This document shows positions 10,352 through 21,600 of a stretch of DNA of 54,286 nt, piece by piece (position 1 is the first letter of the stretch; each line of letters opens with the position of its first letter). Location: positions 1 to 54,286 of the forward strand of contig CAURCE010000001.1 in assembly GCA_963523365.1 (NCBI GenBank), read 5' to 3'. The notes beneath the pieces are model-generated. The model saw only the letters and a list, made by a program, of their open reading frames with translations, was not told the origin of the DNA and made no database searches. The translations under genes and the position numbers were made by a program. The DNA is from an uncultured Streptococcus sp. Lineage in GTDB: Bacteria > Bacillota > Bacilli > Lactobacillales > Streptococcaceae.

Positions 10352-11752
10352 TTATTTGATCAATTCGTAAATGGCTTCAGCATAAATTGCAGCCGCGCGA
10401 AAGAGATCTTCAACATCGATAAATTCATTGGCTTGGTGCATAGTGTCGATATAGTCTGGGAACATCGCGCCATAAGCAACACCACGTTTCAAGAGGCGTC
10501 CAAAAGTACCACCACCGATAACTTGCTCATGACCTTTCAGTCTAGTTTGTTTTTCATAAACAGCTAGTAAGGTCTGTACTAGCGGATCTTCCATCGGTAC
10601 ATAGTGAGGGGTATGTCCATGCTCAGACAAGGTCACTTTGGTCACTGGCAACTGCTCTAAAATATTTTGAATGGCTTCTGGACTAGTTCCCTTAGGATAG
10701 CGAATATTGAGGGCAATTGTATTATCAGCTTTGTTTTCGTCAAAACGGAAAACGCCCGCATTCATTGACAGAGCTCCCATCTTCTCATCCACATGAGCAA
10801 TCTTCAAGTTCCTACCCTCATGGTCATTTAGGAGAATATTTCCAGCCACATCTAGATAATCCTTAGCTGGGCCAGCAAAGTCAAACTGCGTTAGGAATTT
10901 GGCTAAATAAGTTGCACCATTGACACCAGACTGAGGAGAAGCACCGTGCGCAGACTTACCGATAATGGTCACAGTGACTTGGCCACCAGCTAGTTCTTCA
11001 TAAGTAAAGTCTAGCCCATTTTCCTTAGCAAACTGCTCCAATTTATCAACTAGATTTGGCAAGTGACCTGACAAGACAGCTGTACCAGACTCAGGTACCA
11101 TGTTTTCTCGCAAGCCACCAGTAAAACTATGCAGACGTGCTGCGCCAGCATTTTCACCAGCAAAATGCAGGTACTCTGTAATATTTCCTTTTTCACCATT
11201 GATAATCGGGAACTCAGCGTCTGGCGAGAAGCCGAAATCAGGCTCAGGCAGGCCTACATGAGCAAAGTAGTACTCCATATCTTTCCAGCCAGACTCTTCA
11301 TCTGTCCCCACCACAAAGCGCACGCGCTTAGATACAGGCAAGCCCAAGTCTTTGATGATTTTCAAACCGTAGTAACATGCCATAGTTGGTCCTTTATCAT
11401 CACTAGAACCACGGGCATAAAGACGACCATCCTTAATCGTCGGCGTATAAGGGTCTGTATCCCAACCGCTTCCAGCAGGTACCACATCCATATGGGCAAA
11501 GATCCCCAGTTCTTCTTCTCCTTCACCAAAAGTAAAGTGACCAGCATAATTGTCCACATTTTGAGTCGGGTAACCATCACGTTCAGCAATTTCCAAGAAC
11601 TTATGCAAGGCCTTTACAGGACCAGGTCCAAAAGGATGCTCCTTATCTGCCTTTGAGTCATCTCTCTCTGAATTAATTTCTAAAAGGCTGAACAAGTCCG
11701 CCAACAGAGCTTCTTTACGTTTTTCAACTTCTGCTTTAAAATCAATTGTCAT
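10352..11752 (-). CDS. pepV: Dipeptidase PepV (M20 family)
   Basis: [31 protein letters not shown] motifs. Confidence 0.95.
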   Translation of the reverse strand: MTIDFKAEVEKRKEALLADLFSLLEINSERDDSKADKEHPFGPGPVKALHKFLEIAERDGYPTQNVDNYAGHFTFGEGEEELGIFAHMDVVPAGSGWDTDPYTPTIKDGRLYARGSSDDKGPTMACYYGLKIIKDLGLPVSKRVRFVVGTDEESGWKDMEYYFAHVGLPEPDFGFSPDAEFPIINGEKGNITEYLHFAGENAGAARLHSFTGGLRENMVPESGTAVLSGHLPNLVDKLEQFAKENGLDFTYEELAGGQVTVTIIGKSAHGASPQSGVNGATYLAKFLTQFDFAGPAKDYLDVAGNILLNDHEGRNLKIAHVDEKMGALSMNAGVFRFDENKADNTIALNIRYPKGTSPEAIQNILEQLPVTKVTLSEHGHTPHYVPMEDPLVQTLLAVYEKQTRLKGHEQVIGGGTFGRLLKRGVAYGAMFPDYIDTMHQANEFIDVEDLFRAAAIYAEAIYELIK

Positions 11753-11799
11753 TTTCTCACCTCTATAAAACACTTCGATTCAAACTATTTTTTACTTTA

Positions 11800-12405
11800 T
11801 TAACGCTTTTCGATAATCTCGTCAACTGGTAAACGATAGCTAGGCTCTAGCTTGTCATCTGTATAACCAACAGTAATTAAGAGTTCTGGACGGAAACGCT
11901 CATCAATCTCCAAAACTTCGTTAACTTTTGATTTATCAAATCCTAGAATGATATTTGAGCCAATACCTTGGTCAGTCAAGGCCAAAACAAGGTTCATAGC
12001 TACTAAGCCAGCATTAAGGGCCAAGTAATCGCTCTTTTGTTGGTCATTATAACGAGCAAACTCAGCTGGTAAATTTTGCATGTAAAATTGCAGCTGCTCA
12101 TCAGAAAAATTTTTTACCCCAGCGACACGCGCGATCTTGCGTGCCCGCTTAGCCAAATCCGTATCTGTAAAGAGGGCAATTGTCACTGGAGCTTCCTTGA
12201 TTTGCTCTTGGTTAGAGCCAAAGGTAATACCCGCTAAAGCTTCATTTCGCTCACGCACCACTACAAACTTCCACGGCTGACTATTATGAGCACTTGGTGC
12301 CAAGGTCGCAATCTCAATAGCTGTACGGACATCCTTAGGATCTACCGGTTTGTCATTGAAATGCTTAGTCGCATGACGCTTTTTGTTTAATTCAAGAAAT
12401 TTCAT
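11800..12405 (-). CDS. Nitroreductase family protein
   Basis: KRHATKHF, APSAHNSQPWKFVVV motifs. Confidence 0.93.
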   Translation of the reverse strand: MKFLELNKKRHATKHFNDKPVDPKDVRTAIEIATLAPSAHNSQPWKFVVVRERNEALAGITFGSNQEQIKEAPVTIALFTDTDLAKRARKIARVAGVKNFSDEQLQFYMQNLPAEFARYNDQQKSDYLALNAGLVAMNLVLALTDQGIGSNIILGFDKSKVNEVLEIDERFRPELLITVGYTDDKLEPSYRLPVDEIIEKR

Positions 12406-12485
12406 AATTGATTTCCTTTTCTAATTTCTGTTACTCTTATTTTACCACAAATTGAAAGAGCTTGCAGAGGTTTTTCATGAAGTTG

Positions 12486-12566
12486 TATAGCCTTATTTTT
12501 CTATTCCAGTGTCAACGAAACCATACTGACCTAAACTTCCATAAATTTATCTTCAAATTGTGTCAT
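12486..12566 (-). pseudogene. Possible decayed 5' gene fragment (MTQFEDKFMEV*VSMVSLTLE*)
   Basis: AGGA RBS plus ATG and two in-frame TAG stops; resembles, from recall only, N-termini of Firmicutes immunity-type proteins. Confidence 0.35.
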
Positions 12567-12726
12567 GTAATCATCCTATTTCATAAAATCTTTACGCAAG
12601 AAAGCAAATTTTTTCAACTTCAGACGGATTTGATTTTTCTATAGGTATCATGGTTAACTCTCTATTTTGGTTCGCTTCTTTCCCATTATGCCACAAAAGA
12701 CCGTTTACACGGTCTTGCTTTATATA

Positions 12727-14562
12727 TTAACTATCTAACCCTACCAAAGGCTCCGCCACTTCTAACAAGGGTCGGGATAGCTCGGTTTGATTGAGTTTTG
12801 CCTGAACAGCTTCTGCCACCGCTCGCGGTACGCCCACTTCGACGATTTCATCGACACTGGCTTCTTTAATCTTGGTCAATGATTTGAAATGCTTCATGAG
12901 ATTTTGCTTACGTTTTGGCCCCAAGCCTTCGATACCATCGAGTTGCGATGAAAAAGAATTCTTAGATCGAAGCTGACGGTGGAAGGTAATAGCAAAGCGG
13001 TGAACCTCATCTTGGATACGCTGAAGGAGGAAAAATTCCTGAGAACTGCGGGACAGTTCTACGACTTGAAGAGGATCGCCAAAGAGCAATTCATGGGTCT
13101 GGTGCTTGTCATTTTTTTGCAGTCCAGCGATAGGAATATCCAGCCCCAACTGGTTCTGGATAACTTCTTTAGCAATATTGACCTGGCCTTGTCCACCGTC
13201 AATGACAATCAGATCTGGTGGCGTCAGCCCGTCACGTATCACCCGACTATAGCGACGCTTGATAACTTCTCGCATACTGGCGTAGTCGTCTGGCCCTACC
13301 ACGGTCTTGATCTTATATTTGCGGTAATCTTTCTTGCTCGGCTTACCATTAACAAAGACCACCATAGCTGATACAGGACTGGTCCCCATGATGTTGGAGT
13401 TATCAAAAGACTCGATCCGAACGGGTGTCGGAATATTGAGGAGCTTCCCTAGATTTTCTATAGCGCCCTGCGTTTTTTCAACGGATTTCTCCAAAAGATC
13501 AAATTTCTGCTGGAGACTGACCCGAGCATTCTTAATAGCCAGATTGACTAGCTGTTTCTTCTCGCCTCTCTGAGGCTTGACTACTTTGGTATCCACCACG
13601 GCTCGGACGGCTTCTTCATCAATATCTGCTGGAATTAAGATTTCATTGGGCTTTAGGTGAGACTTTTCTTGGTAAAACTGGCCAATATAGGTCAGAAAAT
13701 CTTCGTCGGGATCATTGTAATAGGGGAAAAGATTGACATCACGCTCAATCAACTTGCCCTGGCGCACAAAGAAGACCTGCACACACATCCAGCCCTTATC
13801 CACATAGTAACCAAAAACATCACGATTCTGCAAATCCTTAGCCATGACCCGCTGCTTAGTACGCAAGGTTCCAATAGCTTGAATCAGGTCACGGTATTCA
13901 GCCGCTCGCTCAAACTCCATAGCTGCAGCTGTTTTATTCATCTTATCACGCAGCTCATCGATAATCTTATCGTCCTGGCCTTTTAGAAAATCCGACACTT
14001 CCTGAGCCATATTTTTGAAATACTGGCTATCCCGCTTGCAAATCGTATGGGCTTCACATTGCCCCAAGTGATAATAAAAACAGACTTTTGCAGGTGGATT
14101 GGTACATTTTTTGAATGTAAAAATGCGATCGAGCAGGCGTTTGATTTCATTGGCTGCACCGACATCTGGATAAGGCCCAAAATAAAGACCGCCATCCTTT
14201 TTGACTTGGCGCGTGATAATCAGACGCGGATAAACCTCGTTGGTAATCTTAATAAAAGGATAGGACTTATCGTCCTTGAGCATGATATTGTACTTGGGCT
14301 TATTTTCCTTGATTAGATTAATTTCTAGGAGGAGAGCCTCAATGTTGGACTCGGTGACAATAAACTCAAAATCCTCAATCTCAGAAACCAGAGCCTCCGT
14401 CTTAGTATCGTGACTGCCACGGAAATAAGAACGGACCCGATTGCGCAGATTCTTGGCTTTGCCGACATAGATAATAGTACCGTTTTTGTCCTTGTGAATG
14501 TAACAGCCGGGACTGGTCGGCAACAGTTCCAGCTTGGATTGAATTAGCTTGTTTGTAGACAT
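12727..14562 (-). CDS. uvrC: Excinuclease ABC subunit C
   Basis: GIY-YIG ([18 protein letters not shown]), [14 protein letters not shown], HhH C-terminus. Confidence 0.98.
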   Translation of the reverse strand: MSTNKLIQSKLELLPTSPGCYIHKDKNGTIIYVGKAKNLRNRVRSYFRGSHDTKTEALVSEIEDFEFIVTESNIEALLLEINLIKENKPKYNIMLKDDKSYPFIKITNEVYPRLIITRQVKKDGGLYFGPYPDVGAANEIKRLLDRIFTFKKCTNPPAKVCFYYHLGQCEAHTICKRDSQYFKNMAQEVSDFLKGQDDKIIDELRDKMNKTAAAMEFERAAEYRDLIQAIGTLRTKQRVMAKDLQNRDVFGYYVDKGWMCVQVFFVRQGKLIERDVNLFPYYNDPDEDFLTYIGQFYQEKSHLKPNEILIPADIDEEAVRAVVDTKVVKPQRGEKKQLVNLAIKNARVSLQQKFDLLEKSVEKTQGAIENLGKLLNIPTPVRIESFDNSNIMGTSPVSAMVVFVNGKPSKKDYRKYKIKTVVGPDDYASMREVIKRRYSRVIRDGLTPPDLIVIDGGQGQVNIAKEVIQNQLGLDIPIAGLQKNDKHQTHELLFGDPLQVVELSRSSQEFFLLQRIQDEVHRFAITFHRQLRSKNSFSSQLDGIEGLGPKRKQNLMKHFKSLTKIKEASVDEIVEVGVPRAVAEAVQAKLNQTELSRPLLEVAEPLVGLDS

Positions 14563-14683
14563 ATTTTCCAAAACCCTATCTTTTCAATAGAAATTTTTCA
14601 ATTTCCTAGAACATGCACTTTCCTAACAATTCATGATCATTGCTCGTTACAAATGTTTATTTCTAGGTTGGTAGATCTTAGAC

Positions 14684-15778
14684 TTACTTTGATTCTTTCG
14701 CCCTTTTTTCTAACATTTTCTTTATGAAATAAGGCATTTTGACATTTTCTCTGCCCTTTTTCTCTATCAACTTTTTGACAAATTCAGGCATTTGAAGTTC
14801 TTCCGTTTCGCTTAAGATTTGATTACTTTCTTCTGAAGGGGCCAATTCGTCAAAGGTTGTTTCTTCTGGGTGCATGTATCGAAGCTCTTCTGTTTCATGC
14901 TGACGAATAGTTGCTAATAATGCATCAATCAAACGGGAGTCTGTGTTAGGCATTGGTGGACGATGATAAACCACACCAAGTTCTTGGCACAATTCCTGAC
15001 ACTCCACGTCATTATCAAACAGCACCTCGATATGTTCGCTGATGAAACTAATTGGGACAAAGATATAATGTTTCGGATGGTTCGTTTGATCTCGGAGATA
15101 TTCTAAGACATCTGGCTTGATCCACGGCAAGCCAATATCGCTTTCGCTCTGCCAGGTATTGGTATACTCAGATGGAGCAAGGCCTAGCCGATGTGCAATC
15201 AACTGTGAGTTTTCAATAATCTGATCAATATATGGATCTTCAAAATCAAGCGCTAAAACTGGCACACTGTGAGCAGAGAAGATGACCTTAAAACTTTCAT
15301 CTTTGACTTGTGTTTGCAAGATTTTCCTGATTTCTTCCTCCCAAAAGCCAAGCAAATCCTCAGCCTGATACCATTCTTTGATAATATGGAATTTAATTGT
15401 CTGGCTCGTAATAAATTTTTCATACCCCATAACAGAATAAAAAGAATAATGCGGTTCTAAAATCAAGCAGATACATTCCTCAATCCCCTCATCCTCCATC
15501 TGCTTAATAACATCTGGAATAAAGGGGCGAGAAAATTTATTAGCAAAATAGACAGCATACTCTCCTTTTAAAGCTTCCTTCACCAGCTCAACTTCTGCCC
15601 GCGTGATGCGTTGCAGGGGACTGCCACCAATACGCTGATAATTATCATGAAGATGCTGAATCTCTTGATCAGTAGGCCGCACACCACGACGGATATTCGT
15701 GAAAAATTCCGCAATATCCTCAAAAGTATAGCCCTCTGGCGATCCAAAGGTCATCATTAGAATAGCTTTTTTAATCAT
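14684..15778 (-). CDS. hemH: Ferrochelatase (coproporphyrin ferrochelatase type)
   Basis: MTFGSP, IGGSPL, FSAHSVP, WQSE...[19 protein letters not shown] motifs. Confidence 0.93.
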   Translation of the reverse strand: MIKKAILMMTFGSPEGYTFEDIAEFFTNIRRGVRPTDQEIQHLHDNYQRIGGSPLQRITRAEVELVKEALKGEYAVYFANKFSRPFIPDVIKQMEDEGIEECICLILEPHYSFYSVMGYEKFITSQTIKFHIIKEWYQAEDLLGFWEEEIRKILQTQVKDESFKVIFSAHSVPVLALDFEDPYIDQIIENSQLIAHRLGLAPSEYTNTWQSESDIGLPWIKPDVLEYLRDQTNHPKHYIFVPISFISEHIEVLFDNDVECQELCQELGVVYHRPPMPNTDSRLIDALLATIRQHETEELRYMHPEETTFDELAPSEESNQILSETEELQMPEFVKKLIEKKGRENVKMPYFIKKMLEKRAKESK

Positions 15779-15937
15779 AAGTTCCTCTTTTTATATAAAA
15801 TCCTCTGCTATTATAACATGATATCCCCTGAAAAGCAGATAAAAGGAATGTTTTCTAACCAAATTTAAGAATTATTTGAATCACAAAAACTTCTCTTCCT
15901 AAATTTAATTCAATCAAACTAATTCACCAATAAAAAA

Positions 15938-15963
15938 TGAAGTGAGCTGTAATACTCACTTCA
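15938..15963 (-). terminator. Terminator after the CAP-domain LPXTG gene
   Basis: TGAAGTGAG/CTCACTTCA stem followed by U-tract on the minus strand. Confidence 0.7.
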
Positions 15964-15973
15964 CTGTTATATA

Positions 15974-18427
15974 CTATAAAGTTTTTCTGCGGCGATGTTT
16001 GATTGCACCCGCGAGAAGAGCTGCACCGAGAGTCATTCCAAGGAAGGCTAATTGTTCCGCTTCCGTTCCTGTATTAGGAAGGACAACTGACTGGCTAGGC
16101 GAAGCTTTAGGAGTCGCTGGAGTCGATGTAGCATTAGTATTATTATCAGTTTTTGGCTGAGCTTGAGTAGCTACGTTAGCCAATGTTTCAACCGATGCAT
16201 CCTTCTCATCTTGAGAAGCTGAATTTGCATTCGAAGTCAGAACCGTTTGACTACCTGCACCTGCTGCAGCAAAATTAAGTCCACCATTTGCCTGATAAGT
16301 AGTTGTAGTGGCAGATACTAAGGCTTGACGCTCTTCTTTTGGAAGAAGGTCTAGCAAATAATTGTAATTTGCTAGCAACTCATTGTAGACTGTTTGCAAA
16401 TCAACTAATTTTGCATTCTCAGTCTCAGAAACAGCCTGCTTAGCCTTCAGGTCAGCTTCTGCTGCAGCCAAGTCTTGCTTAGCTTTTTCCAATTGTTGTG
16501 GAGCTGTTTTCAGATCTGTAACTTTCTTCTGAGCCGCTGCTACACGATTTTGAGCAGTTACCAATTCAGCTTTAGCTGCTTCTAAGTCCTTATTCTTATT
16601 TTCCTCAGCCGTCTTCAAAGCTGCGAGCTGATTCTTAGCCTCTACTAAGGTTGCCTGAGCTTTTTGCAATTTAGCCTGATATGGAGAAAGGGCAGACGCG
16701 ATTCTTGCTGTCGCTGATTTCAAAACAGCCTTTTTATCTGACAAGTTTTGTTGAGTCAGAGCTAAGGCTTTCTCAGCAGCTTCAAGATTCTGTTTAGCTT
16801 TTACAACAGCAGCCGCACGATCTTTCTGTGCCTTGTACGAATCTGTCAACTGATTGTTTAAAAGATTCAGGCTAGACTCTTGACTAACTTTTTGCGCTTG
16901 TAACTCTGCCAAGCGATTCTTCAAGGCTGTCACATTGGCACTTGAAGCAGCTCCACGACTGCCGCCGCTGCGGAGAAGTTTCTCCATCGCTTCAACTGTT
17001 AGTAGTGTGCCATTATTGACTCTTTGGTTGAAATTACGAACATTGTGGAATCCAACTTCTGAAGTTCCGTGTGGAGTTCCCCATTGATTTGGATGAGTGT
17101 CATAGGCAGCAGAAATAGCGTTGGCCTTATTATCCATCATTTGGACATAGTGACCGATTTGCGCAAAGACATTAGGCCCTACCTTCATATAAATATCATT
17201 GGCATCCAGTTGTCTTTCATCAGTTGGCAGGCCGTATTGAGCAGCAATCTTTTGATACAAGGCTTTTTCACTATGCCAGAAATTAACCGCACCTTGAGGA
17301 TCGAAGCTAATAGCTACGTTTTCATTGCCAATCAGCTTGCCCATGTGCCAATTTTCCTTCTCAAAGTACAAGGTCTGAATTTGGCTAGCAACATTAGCAT
17401 ATGGATCCACCAAAAGTTCTGGAAGTCCCGCATTACGACGGTAAGCATTGATAGCCTTGACCAATTCCAGGGCCTGCAAGTTATTTTCCAAGCTAGCTGG
17501 GCTAGATGGATCTGAACCAACCGTGATGTTGAATTCATTCTGACCACGTTTGTAAAGAGCTAAAGCATCAGCTGCAGCATTTCTTACAGCTTCGTTGTTC
17601 GAATTATCTCGAAGATTCACTAAGAAGTGCGAATAGGTCGTATTCCGTAAATCAACCGGTGCTGTACTTGCATTTTTCTGTTCATGCACCAACTCTGTAT
17701 TTGTTGCAGTAATCAATTGCTTGGTCTGCTCTAAGTTAGCCTGTGTTTGATTGATTTTGTTTTGGATTTCTGCCTGATTTTGTGGCGCAGTGTTTGCTTC
17801 TTGTTCTGCTTTTGCTAGTTCATTTTTAGCATGCTCCACAGCTGTTTGAGCTTGATTTTCCTGATTTTTAGCAGTTTCCACAGCTGCAGTTTCTGCATGA
17901 ACTGGTTCTTTGGCCTTGTTTAGTTCAGATTCTGCCACATCCACCAATGATTGCTGACCAGCAATTGTATTTTCTTGATCTTTAACTGCTTGACTTGCTT
18001 CTTGTACAGCAGTCTCTGCTTCTTTAACAGTTTCTGATTTTGCTGTTACTTCTTCTTCAGCTTTTTTAACATTGGTCTCTGCTTGAGAAATGTTTTCTTC
18101 AGTTGCTGCTTTTTCATTTTCAGTAGCTGTAGCCACCTTCTCTTGAGCCTCTGAAACTGCAGTTTTGGCTCCTTCAAAGTCTGCTTCAGCTTTCTTACTT
18201 TGCTCTTGTTGCTGATTTACATTTTTCTTGGCAGCATCTGCTTTTTCCTTCGCTTCTGCTACATCCGCTGTCGTAATTGGTTTCTCGGTAACTGCTGTTG
18301 CCTTTGGTTTCGTAGCCGTTGACTCAACGAGTTCATCCGCTTTTACCTGATGGCTAAGCGCACCAGAAATAATCGTTGTCGCTGCAATGCCAGTCGCTAC
18401 AACGGATTTACCAATTTTCTTGTCCAT
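15974..18427 (-). CDS. LPXTG-anchored coiled-coil surface protein with central CAP/SCP domain (PrgA/Sea1 surface-exclusion-like architecture)
   Basis: Signal peptide ending VKA-DE; Ala/Glu/Lys heptads flanking INAYRRNAGL...ENVA...FWHSEK...GHYVQMM; LPNTG, TM and basic tail; start reset to 18427 for RBS spacing. Confidence 0.85.
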   Translation of the reverse strand: MDKKIGKSVVATGIAATTIISGALSHQVKADELVESTATKPKATAVTEKPITTADVAEAKEKADAAKKNVNQQQEQSKKAEADFEGAKTAVSEAQEKVATATENEKAATEENISQAETNVKKAEEEVTAKSETVKEAETAVQEASQAVKDQENTIAGQQSLVDVAESELNKAKEPVHAETAAVETAKNQENQAQTAVEHAKNELAKAEQEANTAPQNQAEIQNKINQTQANLEQTKQLITATNTELVHEQKNASTAPVDLRNTTYSHFLVNLRDNSNNEAVRNAAADALALYKRGQNEFNITVGSDPSSPASLENNLQALELVKAINAYRRNAGLPELLVDPYANVASQIQTLYFEKENWHMGKLIGNENVAISFDPQGAVNFWHSEKALYQKIAAQYGLPTDERQLDANDIYMKVGPNVFAQIGHYVQMMDNKANAISAAYDTHPNQWGTPHGTSEVGFHNVRNFNQRVNNGTLLTVEAMEKLLRSGGSRGAASSANVTALKNRLAELQAQKVSQESSLNLLNNQLTDSYKAQKDRAAAVVKAKQNLEAAEKALALTQQNLSDKKAVLKSATARIASALSPYQAKLQKAQATLVEAKNQLAALKTAEENKNKDLEAAKAELVTAQNRVAAAQKKVTDLKTAPQQLEKAKQDLAAAEADLKAKQAVSETENAKLVDLQTVYNELLANYNYLLDLLPKEERQALVSATTTTYQANGGLNFAAAGAGSQTVLTSNANSASQDEKDASVETLANVATQAQPKTDNNTNATSTPATPKASPSQSVVLPNTGTEAEQLAFLGMTLGAALLAGAIKHRRRKTL

Positions 18428-18496
18428 AGACATCTCCTTCTAATAGCACATGTATCATTTCATATTTTAGTCCTACGCTATAATACTAACATAAAA

Positions 18497-18515
18497 TGAC
18501 TGGTTAAACCAGTCA
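18497..18515. promoter_or_regulatory. Perfect palindrome TGACTGGTT-A-AACCAGTCA over the -35 region of the CAP-LPXTG gene; AdcR-like operator candidate
   Basis: 9-bp arms; contains two overlapping 10/12 matches to TTAACYRGTTAA and a minus-strand TTGACT. Confidence 0.55.
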
Positions 18516-18579
18516 AAACCATATCATTTAAATAGAAATTTTATTACAATTCTATGACAAAAATCGAACGCTTCATCCT

Positions 18580-18646
18580 AATAAAGTGGAAATAGAGCGG
18601 ATTTAAAGCGTTTTCTAGCTTCTTCCGCTCCTTATTCCATTTATTT
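18580..18646 (-). terminator. Long imperfect hairpin after pht
   Basis: AATAAAGTGGAAATAGAGCGGA ... TCCGCTCCTTATTCCATTTATT. Confidence 0.55.
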
Positions 18647-18657
18647 CGAAAAAATCT

Positions 18658-21600
18658 TTACTGTTTATTTTCTTCTGGTGTCTCTTGACTTTCAGCCTCT
18701 TTTTCTGAAGGAGCTGGTGCATTCGCTTCTTCTACTTTAGGAGTGGCTGGTGAGCTTGACTCTTCCACTGTTTCTTTAGGAGACTCGCTAGTTTTTTCTT
18801 CCTTAGTCTCCTCAGTCGGACTAGCCTCAGTAGGAGCCGGCTTGTTGGCTTGAAGTTGATTAAAGAACGCTTCTGCTTCGGTTAGCAGAGCTGCTTTGTC
18901 CTCATTAGGATCAGATAATTTATCCAATAGAGCATCTACCTTGGCAAATTGCTCATCTGTTCCCTGTTGTTCCTCAAGCATCTTGTGGGCGGACATCAGC
19001 AAATTGTAAATTTTAAGATAGATCTCTTTATCCTTGAGCGCTGCAGATGCCTGCTGTTCCTTTAAGGTTTCAACGATTTGGGTCAAGAGCGTTTTCGTTT
19101 CTGCCAAGATGGTTTCTCTATCTTTGCGGGCTTCTTGCAAATCAGTTCGAAGTGCTGCGAGTTGCTTTTGATAATTTTCTTGCCGAGTCGAATCCGTTAC
19201 TTTTTCCAAAAGTTCTTGACCTTTTTGGAAGAGAGCTTGGAGAGTTTCTTCTGAGATTTCCTCAGTAGGTTGCGGTGCAAATTCTCCATACAATTCTTTC
19301 AAGAAACCATAGATAGCTGTCTTATAACTGTGATCGTCCAACTTTTCGGTATCCAGAACCGTTTTATCCTTGGCCGAAGCTGCCTCGCCACTTGCCAGAG
19401 CCTTATCAACTTCGAGCTTGGTTTGATAGAGTTCCAAGAAAAGAGCTTTCAGGTCGATCGCTTCAATAAAGGCTTGAGATTTATAAAGCTTGAGCGTCAA
19501 ATCGGCAACTTTCTTACGAAGTTCTGGCTGCAAACGTGCATCGTCAACCGCAAGATAGAAAGCTTTGAGATACTCAACGGAGGTCACTCCTGTTCGGTCT
19601 TGATAATCTTGCAGACTTGCCAATAGCTGCTCAATCTCAGTCATCTTAGCTTCATTTTTTTCTACCTTAGCTGTCTGCAATTCACTGAGCAAGCTGGTTT
19701 TATTCACATTGTAGCTGTCTGTTTCCAAACGTTTGATCTTGTCAACCAATTCTTGATATTTTTTATCAACTTCGGTCAGCTCTTCCGTTTTCGCTTTTTC
19801 ATCAACATGAATGTAGTGCTTATCAAATTTATCTAGGCTTGCCAAATATCCCTCTGTTGAGTTGCTTGGCAATTGCTTCATAGTTTCTACAAAATTACCG
19901 AGAGCTAGCTCGATTCGACGCTGCATGAGCAAGTCTTTAGCATAAATGGTTCGGCTAGCTGCTAAGAGGGCATCCACCTTATCAAGAACGGCCTTTTCAT
20001 CATATGCTCCTGCTTGATAAGCCGATTGCAAGGCTGGAATTTTATTCTTCAAGCCTAGATTCAATCCTTTGGATTGGACGCGGATGTAGTGGTTGTGATC
20101 GCCATGAGGAATGACAAATTGACCATTTTCAACCTGAATACTGTATGGAGACAGACCTGAACGCAGGGCTGTTGTATAAAGCTCGTTTAGGAAGTCCAGC
20201 TCTGGATTTCCAGTTTCTAAAGGAATCCGAACATGCTCTTTTCGAACAGCATAGGGGTGGATATGTGTCGGATCGTAGTCTTGATCCGGATTATTAAAGA
20301 CAAAGAAGCCTTTTGAAATCTTAATTGCTTCACGCGGTACGCCATAAGTCTTGGAAATATACGCGATTTTCTCTTCGTCACTGGCGTCACGAGAAAAACG
20401 GTCATATTCTGTGCTGACTTGACTGGACTGGCTTGAGTCTTTGTGCTTAGCCAAGTTGTCTTCTGCCGCTGCAATCTGATCTTTGGTCAAATCTTTTTTG
20501 AAGAAATAATGTGCATGGCCGCCGTGTTGGACAACATAACCTTCCTCATCTTTTGAGATGACATGTTCAGCATGGAACCCATGGTCGTGCTCGTCTTTAT
20601 CAGCTGGTTTGGCTGGTTGACTTGGATTTGCTGGTTGACTAGGCTGGCTTGGTGTACTTGCAGCAGCCTTAGGATAAGTCTTCTGACCAGCAACAGGAAT
20701 GTTCCGAGCTATTTCTTCTTCTAGGGCAGACAGTTTGCTGTAAGGGATAAAGTGGTAGTGATTTCCATGCGGAATGGCCACTCCTTCTGCGGTCCGTCTA
20801 ACAATTTTACTTGGATCAAAGACAAGACCATCTTTTTCAACATAGCGTTTTTCTTTTGGAGTACGATAGAGTTTCTCAAGTAAGGTTTGGTAACTTGATG
20901 GTGCATCTTCTGCTTTTTCAGATGGTTTAACTCCGTGCCCAGCATCTGATTGGGCAGGTTTGGACGCTTGAGCTGGCTTAGCAGTCTGTCCCTTGTCAGC
21001 TTGATGCGCTGGCTTAGTCGAACTTCCTGCATGTTGATTTTCTGATGCTTTAGCTGTAGGAGCAGAAGCCTCTCCTCCTGTATTAGGATTTTCAGCTGGA
21101 CTAGCTGCTTGCTTGCCTCGCTGCAAGGAATCCCAGTAGGCTTGGGCAGCCGCTAACTCACCTGGCGACAGATCACTTTTAGGAATATAATGTATATGAC
21201 CGCCATGTGGCACAAGGAATCCATCTCCTGTATCCGAAATCACATCAGATGGACTGAAAACATAGCCGTCATCGGTTGTATAGGCGCCATTGCTCCGACT
21301 CGATGCAGTGCCTTCTGCTTGATAGGTTCTCTTTCCTGCAGCATAAGCGGCACTTGGACGACTGAAGTCTTGTGTTTTTCTGCTAACAGTTTGACTCGAT
21401 TTAACTTCTGAACCGCCTTCGCCTTCTTCCTTGCTAGGATGAATCTGTCTTTGCCGTGCGATTTCATCAACTGAACGAACATTGCTGGTTTCTTTGGCAT
21501 TGGTCAGATATAGGTAATATTTGCCTGCAACCTTGATAATATAGCCATCTTTCACTTGGTTGACAATATCTGATTCCTGCAATTGATAATTTGGATCCCG

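Noticed and set aside
11129..11656. 175-aa plus-strand ORF
   Set aside because: Antisense shadow of pepV.
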